Source: an uncultured Clostridia bacterium
GTDB taxonomy: Bacteria; Bacillota; Clostridia; Christensenellales; UBA1242
Assembly: GCA_949949035.1 (NCBI GenBank)
Contig: CATLHJ010000003.1
Span: 14,065-78,064 of the forward strand
Length of the DNA stretch: 64,000 bases
Direction: 5' to 3'
Shown: positions 63,029-64,000 of the stretch, one piece after another
How the letters are laid out: the number at the start of each line of letters is the position of its first letter
How positions within the stretch are numbered: position 1 is the stretch's first letter
The notes under the pieces: model-generated
What the model saw: only the letters and a program-made list of their open reading frames with translations
Databases searched by the model: none
What the model was told of the DNA's origin: nothing
Program-made: the position numbers and the translations under genes

Positions 63029-64000
63029 TCAAGCGTTTTTTTGCGACCACGCTTCCATGGCAATTTTCTTCATCGTTTGGATAGTTAAGACCGGAAATGC
63101 ACCCATCGCGGTTTCTTCCGAAGTCATCACGCAATCCGCACCATCGTATACCGCGTTGGCAACGTCACTGGTTTCCGCACGGCTGGGGCGGGGCTTTTGC
63201 ATCATATTCAGCATCATTTCGGTAGCCACAATGACAAACTTGTTCGCTGCGTTACATTTTTTAATAATCATTTTTTGCACGGTCGGCAATTTTTCCACAG
63301 GGTATTCAACACCCAAGTCACCGCGCGCCACCATAATGCCGTCGGCCGCCGCAATGATTTCGTCCAAGTTCTTAACGCCTTGCACACTTTCGATTTTTGC
63401 GATAATCGGCGTGTTACCAACAATGGTACGCATGTCGGCAATGTCTTGGGCACGGTTAACGAACGAAGCCGCAATCATGTCAACCTTTTGTTCCATACCA
63501 AATTTTAAGTCAGCCACGTCTTCGGGACGCAAAAATTGCAAGTGGACATCGACGCCCGGTACGGCCATAGATTTGTGGTTGGCCATTTTACCACCGACTT
63601 CAATTTTCAATTCGATGTCGTGACCTTTAACCGCGGTAACTTTGGTCACAATTAAGCCGTTACAAATCAGCACGGTGTCGCCGGTTTTTACGTATTTATA
63701 CAGGTCGTGATGGGTAATCGATACGCCGTTTTGGTCGCCCAGGCAAGGGTCGCAATGCAAAGTGAACTTGTCACCGGCCTTAACGGTAATTTCACCGGTC
63801 TTGAAATCGCCCAAACGGATGTCCGGGCCTTTGGTGTCCAACATGATTTTCACGTCGGTACCGTACTTTTTGTTCATTTCGCGCACGCGCGCAAATTTAG
63901 CACCGTGTTCTTCGTGGGTGCCGTGGCTGAAATTGCAACGGGCAATATTCATGCCGGCGTCCGCCAATCCTTTTAACACTTCGGGGCTTTCACTAGCCGG
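63029..64000 (-). CDS. pyk: pyruvate kinase (5' end outside the window), apparently lacking the C-terminal regulatory domain
   Basis: GMNIARCNFSHG, DTKGPDIR, IAKIES, MVARGDLG and ETSDVANAV motifs. The reading frame is open to the window edge. The stop at 63029 comes shortly after the end of the A domain. Confidence 0.85.
   Translation of the reverse strand, partial: PASESPEVLKGLADAGMNIARCNFSHGTHEEHGAKFARVREMNKKYGTDVKIMLDTKGPDIRLGDFKTGEITVKAGDKFTLHCDPCLGDQNGVSITHHDLYKYVKTGDTVLICNGLIVTKVTAVKGHDIELKIEVGGKMANHKSMAVPGVDVHLQFLRPEDVADLKFGMEQKVDMIAASFVNRAQDIADMRTIVGNTPIIAKIESVQGVKNLDEIIAAADGIMVARGDLGVEYPVEKLPTVQKMIIKKCNAANKFVIVATEMMLNMMQKPRPSRAETSDVANAVYDGADCVMTSEETAMGAFPVLTIQTMKKIAMEAWSQKNA

Overview
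This is a chromosomal segment, about 50% GC by eye, from an endospore-lineage Firmicute-like bacterium. Supporting signs are SpoIVB, AGGAGG-type ribosome binding sites (RBS), and the dnaX-ybaB, murB, dacB and tsa genes. Most of it is housekeeping: recA, a murF-like ligase, tsaB/tsaE/tsaC, a potABCD polyamine transporter with a PotC-PotD fusion, truA, mutM, recF, parB-parA, dnaX, ybaB, gltX, murB, spoIVB, a DD-carboxypeptidase and one tRNA-Leu. A roughly 12.5 kb teichoic-acid/polysaccharide cluster follows (aminotransferase, TagD-oxidoreductase fusion, four GT2 domains, GT4, TagF-like, GT32-like, Wzx). The window ends in a partial pyruvate kinase. Three stretches are not ordinary. (1) A 1.1 kb non-coding region directly upstream of parB holds two inverted arrays of 65-bp iterons. 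Each iteron starts with the 16-bp palindrome TGTTTAACGTTAAACA, a symmetric one-position variant of canonical parS. (2) An accessory-looking stretch at 14.2-21.1 kb has duplicated HTH regulators, two paralogous orphan small proteins, a compact 266-aa MetK-like protein and a 438-aa orphan. (3) A nine-gene, co-directional block of orphans at 44.2-50.4 kb sits directly downstream of a tRNA-Leu whose anticodon reads AAG. Other notable items are a dnaX split across a -1 frame change, a C10 tract inside a membrane glycosyltransferase-like gene, a three-ORF activase/DUF2229 cluster next to degV, a GT2-Wzy-GT2 triple fusion, and several proteins that lack domains their orthologues normally carry. No CRISPR array, transposase, integrase or rRNA was seen. 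All calls come from reading the translated ORFs and the DNA by eye; no database search was run.
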